A stretch of DNA of 64,000 bases. It comes from an uncultured delta proteobacterium. GTDB lineage: Bacteria; Desulfobacterota; WTBG01; CAIYCZ01; CAIRTM01. The stretch lies in assembly GCA_963804955.1 (NCBI GenBank), contig CAWDSQ010000026.1, positions 128,001 through 192,000 on the forward strand, read 5' to 3'. The notes below the pieces were generated by a model that was given only the letters and a program-made list of their open reading frames with translations, ran no database searches and was not told the DNA's origin. Both the position numbers and the translations under genes were made by a program. Of the stretch, positions 31,185 to 41,798 are shown piece after piece. The stretch's first letter is position 1; every line of letters starts with the position of its first letter.

Positions 31185-31529
31185 TTATTGAATGGCTTTT
31201 TCGCAAGAAGTTTTGAGAGCAGCAAGCTTTGTCTGAACTACATCCCACACAATCTGCCTGTTTATGCCGAAATACTCATGCGTCAAGATATTTCTCAGCG
31301 CAACGATCTTATTCCACTGAATGTCCGGCATGGAATTTTTCACATCAATAGGCAAATGGCGGGCAGCCTCACCGATGATCTCGAGATTGCGGACAACCGC
31401 GTCAACGGTTTTTTGATCCTCCGAGAAGGAATCAAAATTCATTCCGGCGACATACGTAAAAATCCTGTTTATTGATTCAAGGATATCATCAAGATACAGC
31501 TTGCTATCTCTAGGCATAGATGACCTCAC
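31185..31529 (-). CDS. HepT-like (DUF86) RNase toxin
   Basis: DAVVRNLEIIGEA, RNILTHEY (RX4HXY). Confidence 0.92.
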   Translation of the reverse strand: MRSSMPRDSKLYLDDILESINRIFTYVAGMNFDSFSEDQKTVDAVVRNLEIIGEAARHLPIDVKNSMPDIQWNKIVALRNILTHEYFGINRQIVWDVVQTKLAALKTSCEKAIQ

Positions 31530-31800
31530 TGGTCACATAGGGAATGAGCCTGGGCTTGAGGGCATCGGAGAGCACAAGATCAACAGGAGATTCAAAAAGC
31601 TCTTCAAGGTAAAATTTTAAGTCCATGTAGTTGTCAAAGGTGGGATGAGACAAATCGACAAGCAGATCAATGTCGCTTTCAGGCAACGCCGCATTTCGGG
31701 CATAAGAACCGAACAGTCCAATTTTAGTAACCGAAAACCTGCTTTTCAGTTCCGCCCTGCGCTCGCCCAAAATTTTTATTATCTTTTCTTTGCTGCTCAT
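31510..31800 (-). CDS. MntA-like nucleotidyltransferase antitoxin
   Basis: LFGSYAR...SDIDLLV, VDLV. Confidence 0.92.
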   Translation of the reverse strand: MSSKEKIIKILGERRAELKSRFSVTKIGLFGSYARNAALPESDIDLLVDLSHPTFDNYMDLKFYLEELFESPVDLVLSDALKPRLIPYVTSEVIYA

Positions 31801-31968
31801 AAAACCGCCCCCAAGGCAAACTTAATAAAGTATAGTCATGATGAGATGTATGTGTCAACACAAACAAATCCTCTGCATCTGCCGAAACAAAATCTGATAC
31901 GCAACTTTGTGACCACCCGGCATATATCCTGCCGAGCACATGCAGGATGGTCTGTGCAACCCTGCGGC

Positions 31969-33354
31969 TCAGGCAAGGTCTTTCAGCTTCTTGCGCTTGT
32001 AGCGGTAGGCATAGTATGTCATGCCGAGCAGCTGCGCGGCTTTCATCTCATTGCCTCCGGCTTTGCGGTAGGCCTCGCGGATGTACTGTTCCTCAAGAGC
32101 CTCGAGATCGATGCCTTCATCTGGCAGTATAGTGAACGGGCCACCTGCCGGTATCTTTTGCTGCAGGGTAGTACGCTGATTGGGCTGCATGCCCATATCA
32201 GCCAGTTCAAGCAGGGGACCTGCGCCCACCAGCACCCCCCGCTCAATGATGTTTCTGAGCTCCCGCACATTGCCTTTATACGTGCAGCCCATCAGAAACT
32301 CTTCAGCCTCGGGGGTAATGCCGGTGAATCGCCTACCATGCCTTGCAGCGAATTCCGCAAGAAAATAGCGGGCAATGGGCAGTATATCATCGCGGCGCTG
32401 ATCAAGCGAGGGCAGCTCTACTTTGATGACGGCCAGACGGTAATACAGATCCTCGCGAAACTGTTCCTGGCTGATCATTTTTTCAAGATCGCGATTCGTA
32501 GCGGATACGACCCGCGTTTTCACCGTCAGCATCTGCGAGCTGCCGACGCGGTAATACTCGCCGTCCTGCAGAAACCGCAGCAGTTTTGCCTGCGCGCCCG
32601 GGCTCAGATCGCCGATTTCATCAAGAAAAAGCGTGCCCTCTGCAGCCTCCTCTATCAGCCCCTTCTTGCCGCCGGGCATCGCGCCGCTGAAAGCGCCCTT
32701 TTCATAGCCGAACAGCTCGCTTTCGATCAGCTCCCTGGGTATTGCCGCGCAGTTGATGGCGATAAAAGGGCCGCCGAAATTGGGGCTTTTGTAGTGTATC
32801 GCCTTGGCTATCAGCTCCTTGCCCGTACCGGTCCGGCCGAGGATAATAATGGGCGTGTCGGCGCTGCGGGCCACTTTTTCGACAAAGCCCATGACATCCT
32901 GAATGACATTGCTCTCGCCGATGAAGCAGGGTACGTTCTCACGAAGGAACTGCTCCTGCAGCGCCTGAATCTCCTTGCGCATGCGGATTGATTCAAGGGC
33001 ATTGCCGATGCTGACCCTGAGCGTGTCAAGCTGCAGCGGCTTGACCACATAGTCGTAGGCGCCGTATTTCATGGCGGCAATCACCGTATCGATGCCGTCA
33101 AATGCGGTAATCATGATGACCAGCGCATCAGGGTGCAGCTTTTTTATCTCCTGCAGGGCAGCAAGGCCGCTCATGCCCGGAAGCCCTATATCCAGGAGCA
33201 CCAGATCGGGCCTGTCCTGCGTGATCTCGCGCAGGGCATCCTCAGCGCTGGAAAAAGCCCGTATCTGATACAGTTTTTTCAAGCCGGCGACAACTGAGGC
33301 CCGGATGCTCTGCTCGTCGTCGATTATATAGAGAGAAAATGTAACGGCGCTCAT
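31969..33354 (-). CDS. NtrC/AtoC-family sigma-54 response regulator
   Basis: REC with LLD, GRTGTGKE, ESELFG, GAFSGA, FLDEIG, FREDLYYRL, GNVREL, Fis HTH. Confidence 0.95.
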   Translation of the reverse strand: MSAVTFSLYIIDDEQSIRASVVAGLKKLYQIRAFSSAEDALREITQDRPDLVLLDIGLPGMSGLAALQEIKKLHPDALVIMITAFDGIDTVIAAMKYGAYDYVVKPLQLDTLRVSIGNALESIRMRKEIQALQEQFLRENVPCFIGESNVIQDVMGFVEKVARSADTPIIILGRTGTGKELIAKAIHYKSPNFGGPFIAINCAAIPRELIESELFGYEKGAFSGAMPGGKKGLIEEAAEGTLFLDEIGDLSPGAQAKLLRFLQDGEYYRVGSSQMLTVKTRVVSATNRDLEKMISQEQFREDLYYRLAVIKVELPSLDQRRDDILPIARYFLAEFAARHGRRFTGITPEAEEFLMGCTYKGNVRELRNIIERGVLVGAGPLLELADMGMQPNQRTTLQQKIPAGGPFTILPDEGIDLEALEEQYIREAYRKAGGNEMKAAQLLGMTYYAYRYKRKKLKDLA

Positions 33355-35528
33355 GTCGATGCTCCCGATGGCGATGCTCCTGATGGCAGGCGGATCTCAA
33401 ACAGCGCCCCGCCCCATACCGACCTGCCCGCTGTTATGCGGCCCCGGTGATCCGCCACAATACGGCGCACAATGGAGAGGCCGATGCCTGAACCGTCCTT
33501 CTTGGTCGTGTAAAAAGGGTCGAAAATTTTATCGTACTGCTCCGGCGGTATGCCGCCGCCCGAATCGCTGAACTGCACCACAACGGACTGCTCTTCGGCA
33601 AAAGTCCTGATGGCAATGCGGCGCTCGCCCTGAGCGCTTTTAAGAGCCTCCGCGGCATTGGTTATCAGATTAAGCAGCACCTGCTCCATTTGCTGCACAT
33701 CGATATGCACGGGCTGCAGGTTTTCTGCAAGGTCTGTTTCAACTGCAATATCGGACTTGCGAAGCATAACCATGGTGAGCTTCAGCGCATCCTGTATCGG
33801 CCCGTTGATGCCGGCCATATCAAAGCGCGGTGTGCCGGGCCGGGCAAAGTCGAGCACGCCCTTCACGACCGATTCAATTTTCCCTGCGGCTGCCTGGGCC
33901 TGACTGATCAAAGAGCGAATATCGTCGGAGCTTTCAGCATCCTGAAAATTTTCGCGGATCGAGTCAAGAAAAATATTGATGCCCGACAGCGGATTGCGTA
34001 TCTCGTGGGCAATGCCTGCTGCAACATGCCCCAGGGAAATCATCTTGTCCTTTATGCCGAGCATGTACTCGAGCTCTTTTGCCCGCGTGACATCCATCAT
34101 GTTGACAAGCACGGCGCGGCGTCCCAGATAGTCTATGGCAGTTGCCCGGCAATATGCCCATCGCACCGGAGCATACCCGCCGTCGCCGCCCATGGAATAA
34201 AACCGGTAGTCGATGTCCATGCGGTTGAGCTCTCCTGAAAGAATGCGCTCATAAAACTGCTGCACCTTGGGCACATCTTCCGGATAGACTTTTTCATAAT
34301 TACCGATCCTGAAATCAGGCGATAGAGGCCCGAACAGGCGCTCCTGCTCGGGATTATGATAGACGATTTTGCTGTCCTGCAGAATGTAAATGCCGACAAG
34401 CGAATTCTCGACGAGGCTTTTAAACCGCTCCTCGCTTTCTGCCCGCACACGCAATGCCCGCTTATGCTCGGTCATGTCAAGAAACGAAGCCACGCACAGC
34501 CTGGTCTCGGGAACGACCGCTATCGTCATAAAAATATCCTTGATGCTGCCTGCTCTGTCAACAAAGCGGAACTCATAGTTGCGGGGCGCCGACGACGGGT
34601 TGAAAATCCGGGCATAATGATAGCCCTCCATCCATTCATAGTCGTCAGCATGCACGAAATCATGCAGAGCCTTTTTTCCCTCAATCCCGGTCTTGGCAAA
34701 GCCGGAGAGCTCTTCAAACATGCTGTTCACCAGGGAAATGGTCATATCCTCGGCGATGATGCAGGTTGCGGTTCCCGTGTTTTCAAATATAGTGCGGTAG
34801 CGCTCCTCAGACTGCTGCAGAGCCTGCTCGGCCCTGCGCCTGAACACTTCGCTGCGATAGGCCTGCATGATAGCGCTGGTGAGCAGCAGCACAATAACGA
34901 TCAGTATGCCCAGCGAGACTTTAATGATCCTGTCGGCCAGAAGCGCATTTTCTTCTTTGAGATCTTCAATATAAATGCCCGTTCCCAGAACCCAGCCCCA
35001 GGCGGGAAATCCCTTCACATACGAAAGCTTTGTTGCGATGCGGCCGGGGTCATCGGGCATCTGCCAGCGATACTGCACATACCCGGATCCCTGCTTCTGC
35101 ACAATATCAACAACTTCCCGAAAGACCGGCTTCCCGTCGGCATCCTTAAAGCCGGACACATCCCTGCCGATTAAGTCCGCACGGTCCGGATGCAGGATCA
35201 TGCGCGGCTGCATGTCGTTGATCCAGAAATAGTCTTTCATCTGCTGGCCATACTGCAGAGTCCGGATCTGTTCAATGGCCAGACGCTGGGCCTCCTCCCG
35301 GGGCAAAAGCCCCCGCTGCTCATCATTTTCAAAACGCGCAATGATAGTGCCCGCAGAATTGGCCAGTTCCCGGATCATCTCCTTTTTATGGTCCAGGCTG
35401 TTGCGCTCGATAACCGGTACAACAAACAGAAAAATCCCGGAAAGAAAAAGCATGACGGTAAGCGCGGTAGGCAGAATGATGCGCACCATGAAAAGGCGCC
35501 ACTGAACTGTCGGGGTTCGTGCAGGCAT
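33351..35528 (-). CDS. Cache-PAS-PAS sensor histidine kinase
   Basis: Two TM helices flanking YFWIND..HP..GTGIY; AHEIRNPL; NLITNA; DSGGG; GSGIGL. Confidence 0.93.
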   Translation of the reverse strand: MPARTPTVQWRLFMVRIILPTALTVMLFLSGIFLFVVPVIERNSLDHKKEMIRELANSAGTIIARFENDEQRGLLPREEAQRLAIEQIRTLQYGQQMKDYFWINDMQPRMILHPDRADLIGRDVSGFKDADGKPVFREVVDIVQKQGSGYVQYRWQMPDDPGRIATKLSYVKGFPAWGWVLGTGIYIEDLKEENALLADRIIKVSLGILIVIVLLLTSAIMQAYRSEVFRRRAEQALQQSEERYRTIFENTGTATCIIAEDMTISLVNSMFEELSGFAKTGIEGKKALHDFVHADDYEWMEGYHYARIFNPSSAPRNYEFRFVDRAGSIKDIFMTIAVVPETRLCVASFLDMTEHKRALRVRAESEERFKSLVENSLVGIYILQDSKIVYHNPEQERLFGPLSPDFRIGNYEKVYPEDVPKVQQFYERILSGELNRMDIDYRFYSMGGDGGYAPVRWAYCRATAIDYLGRRAVLVNMMDVTRAKELEYMLGIKDKMISLGHVAAGIAHEIRNPLSGINIFLDSIRENFQDAESSDDIRSLISQAQAAAGKIESVVKGVLDFARPGTPRFDMAGINGPIQDALKLTMVMLRKSDIAVETDLAENLQPVHIDVQQMEQVLLNLITNAAEALKSAQGERRIAIRTFAEEQSVVVQFSDSGGGIPPEQYDKIFDPFYTTKKDGSGIGLSIVRRIVADHRGRITAGRSVWGGALFEIRLPSGASPSGAST

Positions 35529-35689
35529 AACCTTTTTGCAAGGATAAAGTAAGCCGGTTAGAATATTTTGATGTGTCTCTAATAGCTAGATATATAAGCA
35601 GGGACGCGGAGTGTCAACGCAAATATAGCGATAGAGAGAACTCGCGCAGTGTTTCTCTCTATGCAGCATGCAGCGCATACCTAGAGAAA

Positions 35690-36343
35690 TCAAGACTCCT
35701 GAGATACCCCTTTGCCGCGCTGCCGCAGGTATTCGATAACGCCGGGCAGGATGGAAATGACAACGATGGCCATGACAACCAGAGAAAAATTCTTCCTCAC
35801 GACCGGGATATTGCCGAAGAAATAGCCTGCCAGGGTCAGTGAAAAAATCCACAGCACCCCGCCGATGACATTATAGGCGAGAAACTTGCGGTAGGTCATG
35901 CTGCCGATGCCGGCAACAAACGGGGCAAACGTGCGGATAATCGGAACGAAACGGGCGATAATGATCGTTTTTCCGCCGTACTTTTCATAAAACTGATGCG
36001 TGCGCTCCAGATGTTTCTTTTTAAAAAAACGCGAGTCTTCATAATGAAAAACTTTTGGGCCGAGATAATTTCCTATCCAGTAGTTGAGCGTATCGCCGCC
36101 GATGGCAGCAACGGTCATAATAATCAGCACAAGCGTCAGGTCAAAGGAACCGATAGCCGCAAACGTTCCTACGGTAAACAGGAGCGAGTCTCCCGGCAGC
36201 ACCGGTGTCACCACAAGGCCGGTCTCGCAGAAAATAATAAGAAAAAGAATGACGTATGACCACAGACCCATGGTTTGAATCATGATGTCGATATACTTGT
36301 CAAGATGCAGCAGAATATCCATGCCTTTCAGCAGCAGTTCCAT
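35690..36343 (-). CDS. dedA: DedA-family membrane protein
   Basis: [38 protein letters not shown]. Confidence 0.95.
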   Translation of the reverse strand: MELLLKGMDILLHLDKYIDIMIQTMGLWSYVILFLIIFCETGLVVTPVLPGDSLLFTVGTFAAIGSFDLTLVLIIMTVAAIGGDTLNYWIGNYLGPKVFHYEDSRFFKKKHLERTHQFYEKYGGKTIIIARFVPIIRTFAPFVAGIGSMTYRKFLAYNVIGGVLWIFSLTLAGYFFGNIPVVRKNFSLVVMAIVVISILPGVIEYLRQRGKGVSQES

Positions 36344-36497
36344 GGGTTCTCCATATAAAAGTGTTGTCTTTAGTCGGCGAAGTATAAGTCAAGCGCCCTT
36401 CTCTGTCAATCTGAAAGCCTGCGGCCTTTACTGCGCTGTCATTTTATGGTATGGTGATAAATTGATTTAAAAAATTATTCATTTTCACTTTAAACCA

Positions 36498-38386
36498 ATG
36501 CTTATTTACGATAAAAAATATGATGTCATTGTCGTTGGCGCAGGGCATGCCGGCTATGAAGCCTGCCTGGCCGCTGCAGCCATGGGCTGCTCGACGCTTC
36601 TGGTGACTATAAATCTCGACACCATCGGGCTCATGTCATGCAATCCGGCCATTGGCGGCCTCGCCAAAGGCCAGCTTGTGAAGGAAATCGACGCCCTTGG
36701 CGGCATTATGGGACGCGCTACCGATGCCACCGCCATTCAGTTCCGCATGCTCAATACAAAAAAAGGCACTGCCGTGCGCTCTTCCCGCGCCCAGGCAGAC
36801 CGGCAGCACTACCGGCTCTGGATAAAGCATGCTTTGGAATCAGCAGAAAATATTACCATCAAGCAGGCAGTCGTTGAAAAAATCATCGTCTCTGACGGCC
36901 GCGCAGCCGGCATTGAAACCGCACTGGGCGAGCGCTTCATGGGCTCTGCCGTTATCATCGCCACCGGCACATTTTTAAACGGCCTTATCCATATCGGCCT
37001 TACCCGGTTTCCGGCAGGGCGCCTCGGTGAGCTGCCCTCTGTGGGCCTTGCCCAAAACCTGCGCGACATGGGGTTTGATGTCGGCAGGCTCAAAACCGGA
37101 ACCACGCCCCGTCTTGACGCGCGCACCATCGACTTTACTGTCATGGAGCGGCAGGACGGCGACACCCCTCCCCGCCCCTTTTCATTCTCGACGCAGCGCA
37201 TCGAAAAACAGCAGATGCCCTGCCATATCACCTACACCAATGAGCGCACGCACGCGATCATCCGCGAGGGCTTTGACCGCTCGCCTCTGTACACCGGCGT
37301 CATCCAGGGAACGGGCGCGCGCTACTGCCCGTCTATCGAGGATAAAATAAAGCGCTTCCCTGAAAAAGACCGTCACCAGATATTCATCGAGCCCGAGGGC
37401 CTGAAACCTGCGAGGTCTACCCGGGCGGCATCCCCACAAGCCTGCCGCTCGACATACAGATACGCATGGTGCGCAGCATACGGGGCCTGGAAGAGGCCGA
37501 GATCATGCGGCCGGGCTATGCCATCGAATACGATTATGTAAATCCCGTGCAGCTTACGCCCGCCCTTGAAACAAAGCGCATAGCCGGGCTTTTTCTTGCC
37601 GGACAGATCAACGGCACATCGGGCTATGAAGAGGCCGGCGCTCAGGGACTGATGGCTGGCATCAACGCGGCTCTTCGGGTAAAGGGTGAAAAGCCCTTTA
37701 TACTCGACCGCTCAGAGGCCTATATCGGTGTGCTCATCGACGACCTGGTAACAAAAGGAACACTTGAGCCCTACCGCATGTTTACCTCGCGAGCTGAATA
37801 CCGCCTGATGCTGCGCGAGGACAATGCCGATCTGCGCCTGACTGAAAAAGGCTACAGCATGGGGCTTGTAGGTGAGGCAGACTACAGCCGGTTTTCAGCA
37901 AAAAAAGCGTGCATTGCCGGCGAGCTGCAGCGAATCGAAAATGTGAAAGTTCAGCCGACGCAGGAAATTCAGCAGTGGCTGCACAGCCTCGGCACAAGCC
38001 CGCTCAAGGAGGCGGTCATGCTGCGGGAGCTGCTCAAAAGGCCTGAAATCGACTACCGTGCATGCAGGGCTGTGCAGCTTGTGCCTGCCGGCATAACCGC
38101 AGACGTGTACGAGCAGGTCGAAACCGGGGTAAAGTATGAAGGATACATTGCCCGCCAGATGCTGCTCATTGAAAAATTCAAGCGTCTGGAGGATGCGCGC
38201 ATACCCGAAGGCCTGTCTTTTGAAACAATCCCCGGCCTCACCGCAGAAGTCCGGGAAAAGCTTTCGCGCGTGCGGCCGGCATCTCTTGGCCAGGCATCGC
38301 GTATCTCAGGGCTGACGCCTGCGGCCTTGTCGATTCTTATGATCTCCATAAAAAAATTTCAGGCTGCCTCAGCCGCGGCAGCCTGA
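36498..38386 (+). CDS. mnmG: tRNA modification enzyme MnmG/GidA (frameshift near 37405)
   Basis: GAGHAG, MSCNPAIGG, RLKTGT, RYCPSIEDK, GQINGTSGYEEA, EPYRMFTSRAEYRL over two ORFs. Confidence 0.96.
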
Positions 38387-38389
38387 CAG

Positions 38390-39196
38390 ATGCGGCATGC
38401 CATGGAAAGCCCGGCCGACAGGATCACAGCGGAGCTCGTCCTGCCCAACCTGCAGACGAAGGTCGTGGGCAAAACCCTGCACTGTTTTGACAGCATCGAC
38501 TCGACAAACCGCAGGGCAAAGCAGCTGGCCGGGAGCGGAGCCCCCGACGGCACGGTAGTTGTTGCCGAGCACCAGACCGGCGGCAGGGGAAGGCTCAACC
38601 GCTCATGGGAGGCGCCGCCGCACTCCTGCATTCTCTGCTCGATCATATTCCGGCCGGAGCTGCAGCCCGAAGATCTTTTCAGGCTTACCATGATGGCATC
38701 GGTTGCCGCCGTTGATGCGCTGCAGACAGTTGCAGGAATTCACGCCGGCATAAAGTGGCCCAATGACGTGTATGCCGGTGACAAAAAAATCTGCGGCATA
38801 CTCACGGAGACTGAATGCACCGCGCAGGCCGTGCAGTATGCCGTTGTCGGCATCGGTATCAATGTCAACTGGAATCTGAAAAGCCACAGTGAGCTTGGCG
38901 GCAGCGCCACATCGCTGCGCGATGTCTGCGGGAGCGACATATCCCGCGTGAGGCTTTTGCAGGAGCTGCTCCGCCGGCTTGATGCGCTGTACGGCAGCAT
39001 CCATGACGGGGAGGGCCTGCACTCACAGTGGCTGCAGCGCTGCATGCATCTTGGCAGGCTCGTGCGCATAGTCTCCGACGAGGAAACCCTTGAAGGTTTT
39101 GCGCGCGGCATTACTGAATCGGGGCATCTCCTGCTTGAAAGCGCCGGCGGCAGGATGCATGAAATCATGTGCGGCGATGTATCTCTACGGTTATGA
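38390..39196 (+). CDS. birA: Biotin-protein ligase without N-terminal HTH
   Basis: DSTN, QTGGRGR, KWPND, KICGIL, GIGINV. Confidence 0.93.
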   Translation: MRHAMESPADRITAELVLPNLQTKVVGKTLHCFDSIDSTNRRAKQLAGSGAPDGTVVVAEHQTGGRGRLNRSWEAPPHSCILCSIIFRPELQPEDLFRLTMMASVAAVDALQTVAGIHAGIKWPNDVYAGDKKICGILTETECTAQAVQYAVVGIGINVNWNLKSHSELGGSATSLRDVCGSDISRVRLLQELLRRLDALYGSIHDGEGLHSQWLQRCMHLGRLVRIVSDEETLEGFARGITESGHLLLESAGGRMHEIMCGDVSLRL

Positions 39197-40206
39197 CCAT
39201 GCTGTTTACACATGAGCTCTTTATTCAAAAATTGACCGAAAAAGCCCTGACGGGGCAGCCTGCCACCCGCGATGAGGCCGGGCGCATTCTGGCCATAGCC
39301 GAGCAGGCCGATATCATGCTGCTGCTTGCGCATGCCAATTGTGTGCGGCAGCACTTCCACGGTGACACAATCGACCTGTGCGCCATTGTGAATGCAAAAT
39401 CAGGCCGCTGCTCCGAAGACTGCGCTTTCTGCGCCCAGTCTGCTCACTTCAAGACTGCTGTGCAGGAGTACCCGCTTTTGAGCACGGAAAAAATAATTGC
39501 CGCGGCAAAAAACTCTTTACACAACAACACGCATCGCTTCAGCATCGTCACCAGCGGCAGAGGCGTTTCCGCGGCAGAGGATTTCGAGAGCATCTGCGCC
39601 ACGGTTGAGCAGCTTGACGCCATGCCGGGCATGGCCCCCTGCGCATCCCTTGGCATACTTTCAGGCGAACAGTTTGCACGGCTGAAACAGGCAGGCCTCA
39701 AACGCTATCACCACAACCTTGAAGCAGCCGAAAGCTTCTACGGGTCAATCTGCACAACCCATCCCTTCAGCCGGCGGGCCGCAACCGTCAGGGCGGCCCG
39801 GGCGGCGGGGCTTGAGGTATGCAGCGGCGGCATCCTGGGGCTTGGCGAAACACCCACCCAGCGCGTTGAACTGGCACTCACCCTGCAGGAGCTTGATGTT
39901 GATTCCGTGCCGCTTAATTTTCTCAACCCCATAGCCGGAACAAAACTGGAGCATCAGCCGCTGCTGCCGCCCCTTGAGATACTCAAGGCCATCGCCATGT
40001 TCAGGTTTGTCATGCCGAAAAAAGAAATCAGGGTATGCGGCGGCCGCGAGACAAACCTGAGAACACTTCAGCCGCTCATGTATCTGGCAGGAGCAAACGG
40101 CGCCATGACGGGCAATTATCTCACCACAGCGGGCCGTGACCCGGCAACCGATGTCCGTGAAATACTGGATCTCGGCCTTGTACCACACATTCCGCAGCAG
40201 GTTTAA
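39193..40206 (+). CDS. bioB: Biotin synthase
   Basis: CSEDCAFCAQS, YHHNLE, CSGGI.GLGE, SVP.N, GNYLTT. Confidence 0.96.
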   Translation: MTMLFTHELFIQKLTEKALTGQPATRDEAGRILAIAEQADIMLLLAHANCVRQHFHGDTIDLCAIVNAKSGRCSEDCAFCAQSAHFKTAVQEYPLLSTEKIIAAAKNSLHNNTHRFSIVTSGRGVSAAEDFESICATVEQLDAMPGMAPCASLGILSGEQFARLKQAGLKRYHHNLEAAESFYGSICTTHPFSRRAATVRAARAAGLEVCSGGILGLGETPTQRVELALTLQELDVDSVPLNFLNPIAGTKLEHQPLLPPLEILKAIAMFRFVMPKKEIRVCGGRETNLRTLQPLMYLAGANGAMTGNYLTTAGRDPATDVREILDLGLVPHIPQQV

Positions 40207-40212
40207 AATAGC

Positions 40213-40803
40213 ATGAAAATACTATCGGCAACATTTACAAAAAGCGCGCATACCGCCGCACAGCTCAAAGGGCAGTCGCTTCCGGAAATCGCCTTCTCGG
40301 GACGGTCCAATGTCGGCAAATCATCGCTCATCAACTGCCTGCTCAACCGGCGGGGGCTTGCCAAAACAAGCTCCACCCCGGGCAGAACACAGGCCGTGAA
40401 CTTTATCGATGTCAACGGCTCTTTCTCTTTTGTCGACCTGCCGGGCTACGGCTATGCCAGGGTTCCCGAAGCCCTGCGCAGAAAATGGGGAGGGCTCATA
40501 ACGGCATATCTCGAAAACAGCCGGAACCTTCGGCTGGTCATCCTGATTGTCGATCCCCGCCGCGACCCGACTGATGATGAAATACTGTTCATGCGCTGGC
40601 TGCTCGAACGGAGCATCCCCGCCATTGCGGTACTGACAAAAATCGATAAAATCGGCAGGAATATGCGGCAGCAGGCGCTTGCAGCATGGAGAAAAAAACT
40701 GGGCATTGAAACAATACTGCTGTTCTCGGCGCTCAACGGCGAAGGCAAAGATAAAATCTGGAAAGAGATAAAAGGCTATCTATACGAAAAAACATGCCTT
40801 TAA
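40213..40803 (+). CDS. engB: GTP-binding protein EngB/YihA
   Basis: GRSNVGKSS, TPGRT, DLPGYG, TKID. Confidence 0.96.
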   Translation: MKILSATFTKSAHTAAQLKGQSLPEIAFSGRSNVGKSSLINCLLNRRGLAKTSSTPGRTQAVNFIDVNGSFSFVDLPGYGYARVPEALRRKWGGLITAYLENSRNLRLVILIVDPRRDPTDDEILFMRWLLERSIPAIAVLTKIDKIGRNMRQQALAAWRKKLGIETILLFSALNGEGKDKIWKEIKGYLYEKTCL

Positions 40804-40834
40804 CAAAGCCTCGCAGAGTTTGCTTAAAAATATC

Positions 40835-40863
40835 TTGACAACAAGGCTCTAAAATATTAAATT
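40835..40863 (+). promoter_or_regulatory. Sigma-70 promoter of rplM-rpsI
   Basis: TTGACA-17 bp-TAAATT. Confidence 0.7.
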
Positions 40864-40894
40864 TTATTGCTTAATTTAACCAGAGGAGTCACCA

Positions 40895-41332
40895 GTGAAA
40901 AGTTTTATAGCTAAAAAAGAAACTGTCCAGCATGACTGGTACGTAATTGACGCTGCCGGCAAGACCCTTGGCCGTTTGGCCGTACAGATTGCATCACGGC
41001 TGCGCGGCAAGCACAAGCCGATCTACACACCCCATGTCGACACGGGCGACTTTATTGTCGTCGTGAACGCAGACAAGGTACGGCTGACGGGCAATAAGCT
41101 TGAGGATAAAAAATACTATCGCTATACGGGGTTTCCGGGAGGTCTGCGCGAGCAGAATGCGGCCGATCTTCTTAAAAAGAAGCCGACAAGCCTGCTGCAG
41201 TTTGCCGTTAAAGGCATGCTCCCCAAAAACAGCCTTGGACGCGCCATGTATAAAAAGCTTAAAATCTACACCGGAGCAAGCCACCCCCACGAGGCTCAGA
41301 AACCGCAAACTCTGGAATTGAAAGGCATCTAA
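40895..41332 (+). CDS. rplM: 50S ribosomal protein L13
   Basis: [32 protein letters not shown]. Confidence 0.98.
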   Translation: MKSFIAKKETVQHDWYVIDAAGKTLGRLAVQIASRLRGKHKPIYTPHVDTGDFIVVVNADKVRLTGNKLEDKKYYRYTGFPGGLREQNAADLLKKKPTSLLQFAVKGMLPKNSLGRAMYKKLKIYTGASHPHEAQKPQTLELKGI

Positions 41333-41337
41333 AATTT

Positions 41338-41733
41338 ATGGAAGGTAAAAAGCACTTCGCTACAGGGAGACGCAAGACCTCGGTTGCCAGAGTATGGATT
41401 GAGCCGGGCCAGGGAAAAATAACTATCAATGCCCGCACACTTGATGAGTACTTCGGCGGACTTGCAACCAAAAAGCAGATTGTTCGCCAGCCTCTTGAAC
41501 TCGTAAAATTCACCGACAAGCACAATGTTTTCGTCAATGTGTACGGCGGCGGACCTACCGGACAGGCTGAAGCAATCCGGCACGGCATTGCGCGCACGCT
41601 GATCCTCATCAACCCCGAGTTTCGCACTATCCTGAAGCGGGCATCCCTGCTTACCCGCGATTCCCGCATTGTTGAGCGAAAAAAATACGGTCAGCCCGGC
41701 GCACGCAAGCGCTTCCAGTTTTCAAAACGCTAG
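41338..41733 (+). CDS. rpsI: 30S ribosomal protein S9
   Basis: [28 protein letters not shown]. Confidence 0.98.
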   Translation: MEGKKHFATGRRKTSVARVWIEPGQGKITINARTLDEYFGGLATKKQIVRQPLELVKFTDKHNVFVNVYGGGPTGQAEAIRHGIARTLILINPEFRTILKRASLLTRDSRIVERKKYGQPGARKRFQFSKR

Positions 41734-41751
41734 TATCTCTGCAATCACCGG

Positions 41752-41780
41752 AAAGGAAGGACAGTGTCCTTCCTTTTTTT
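41752..41780 (+). terminator. Intrinsic terminator after rpsI
   Basis: aaaggaaggac-agt-gtccttccttt plus T-run. Confidence 0.8.
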
Positions 41781-41798
41781 GTTTAGGGGAGAAGCCAT

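Noticed and set aside
31645..32991. 448-aa plus-strand ORF
   Set aside because: Antisense shadow of the sigma-54 activator gene
35586..35684. CTAG-bounded mini-element with internal hairpin
   Set aside because: Terminal repeats too weak and single copy; may simply be the dedA terminator region
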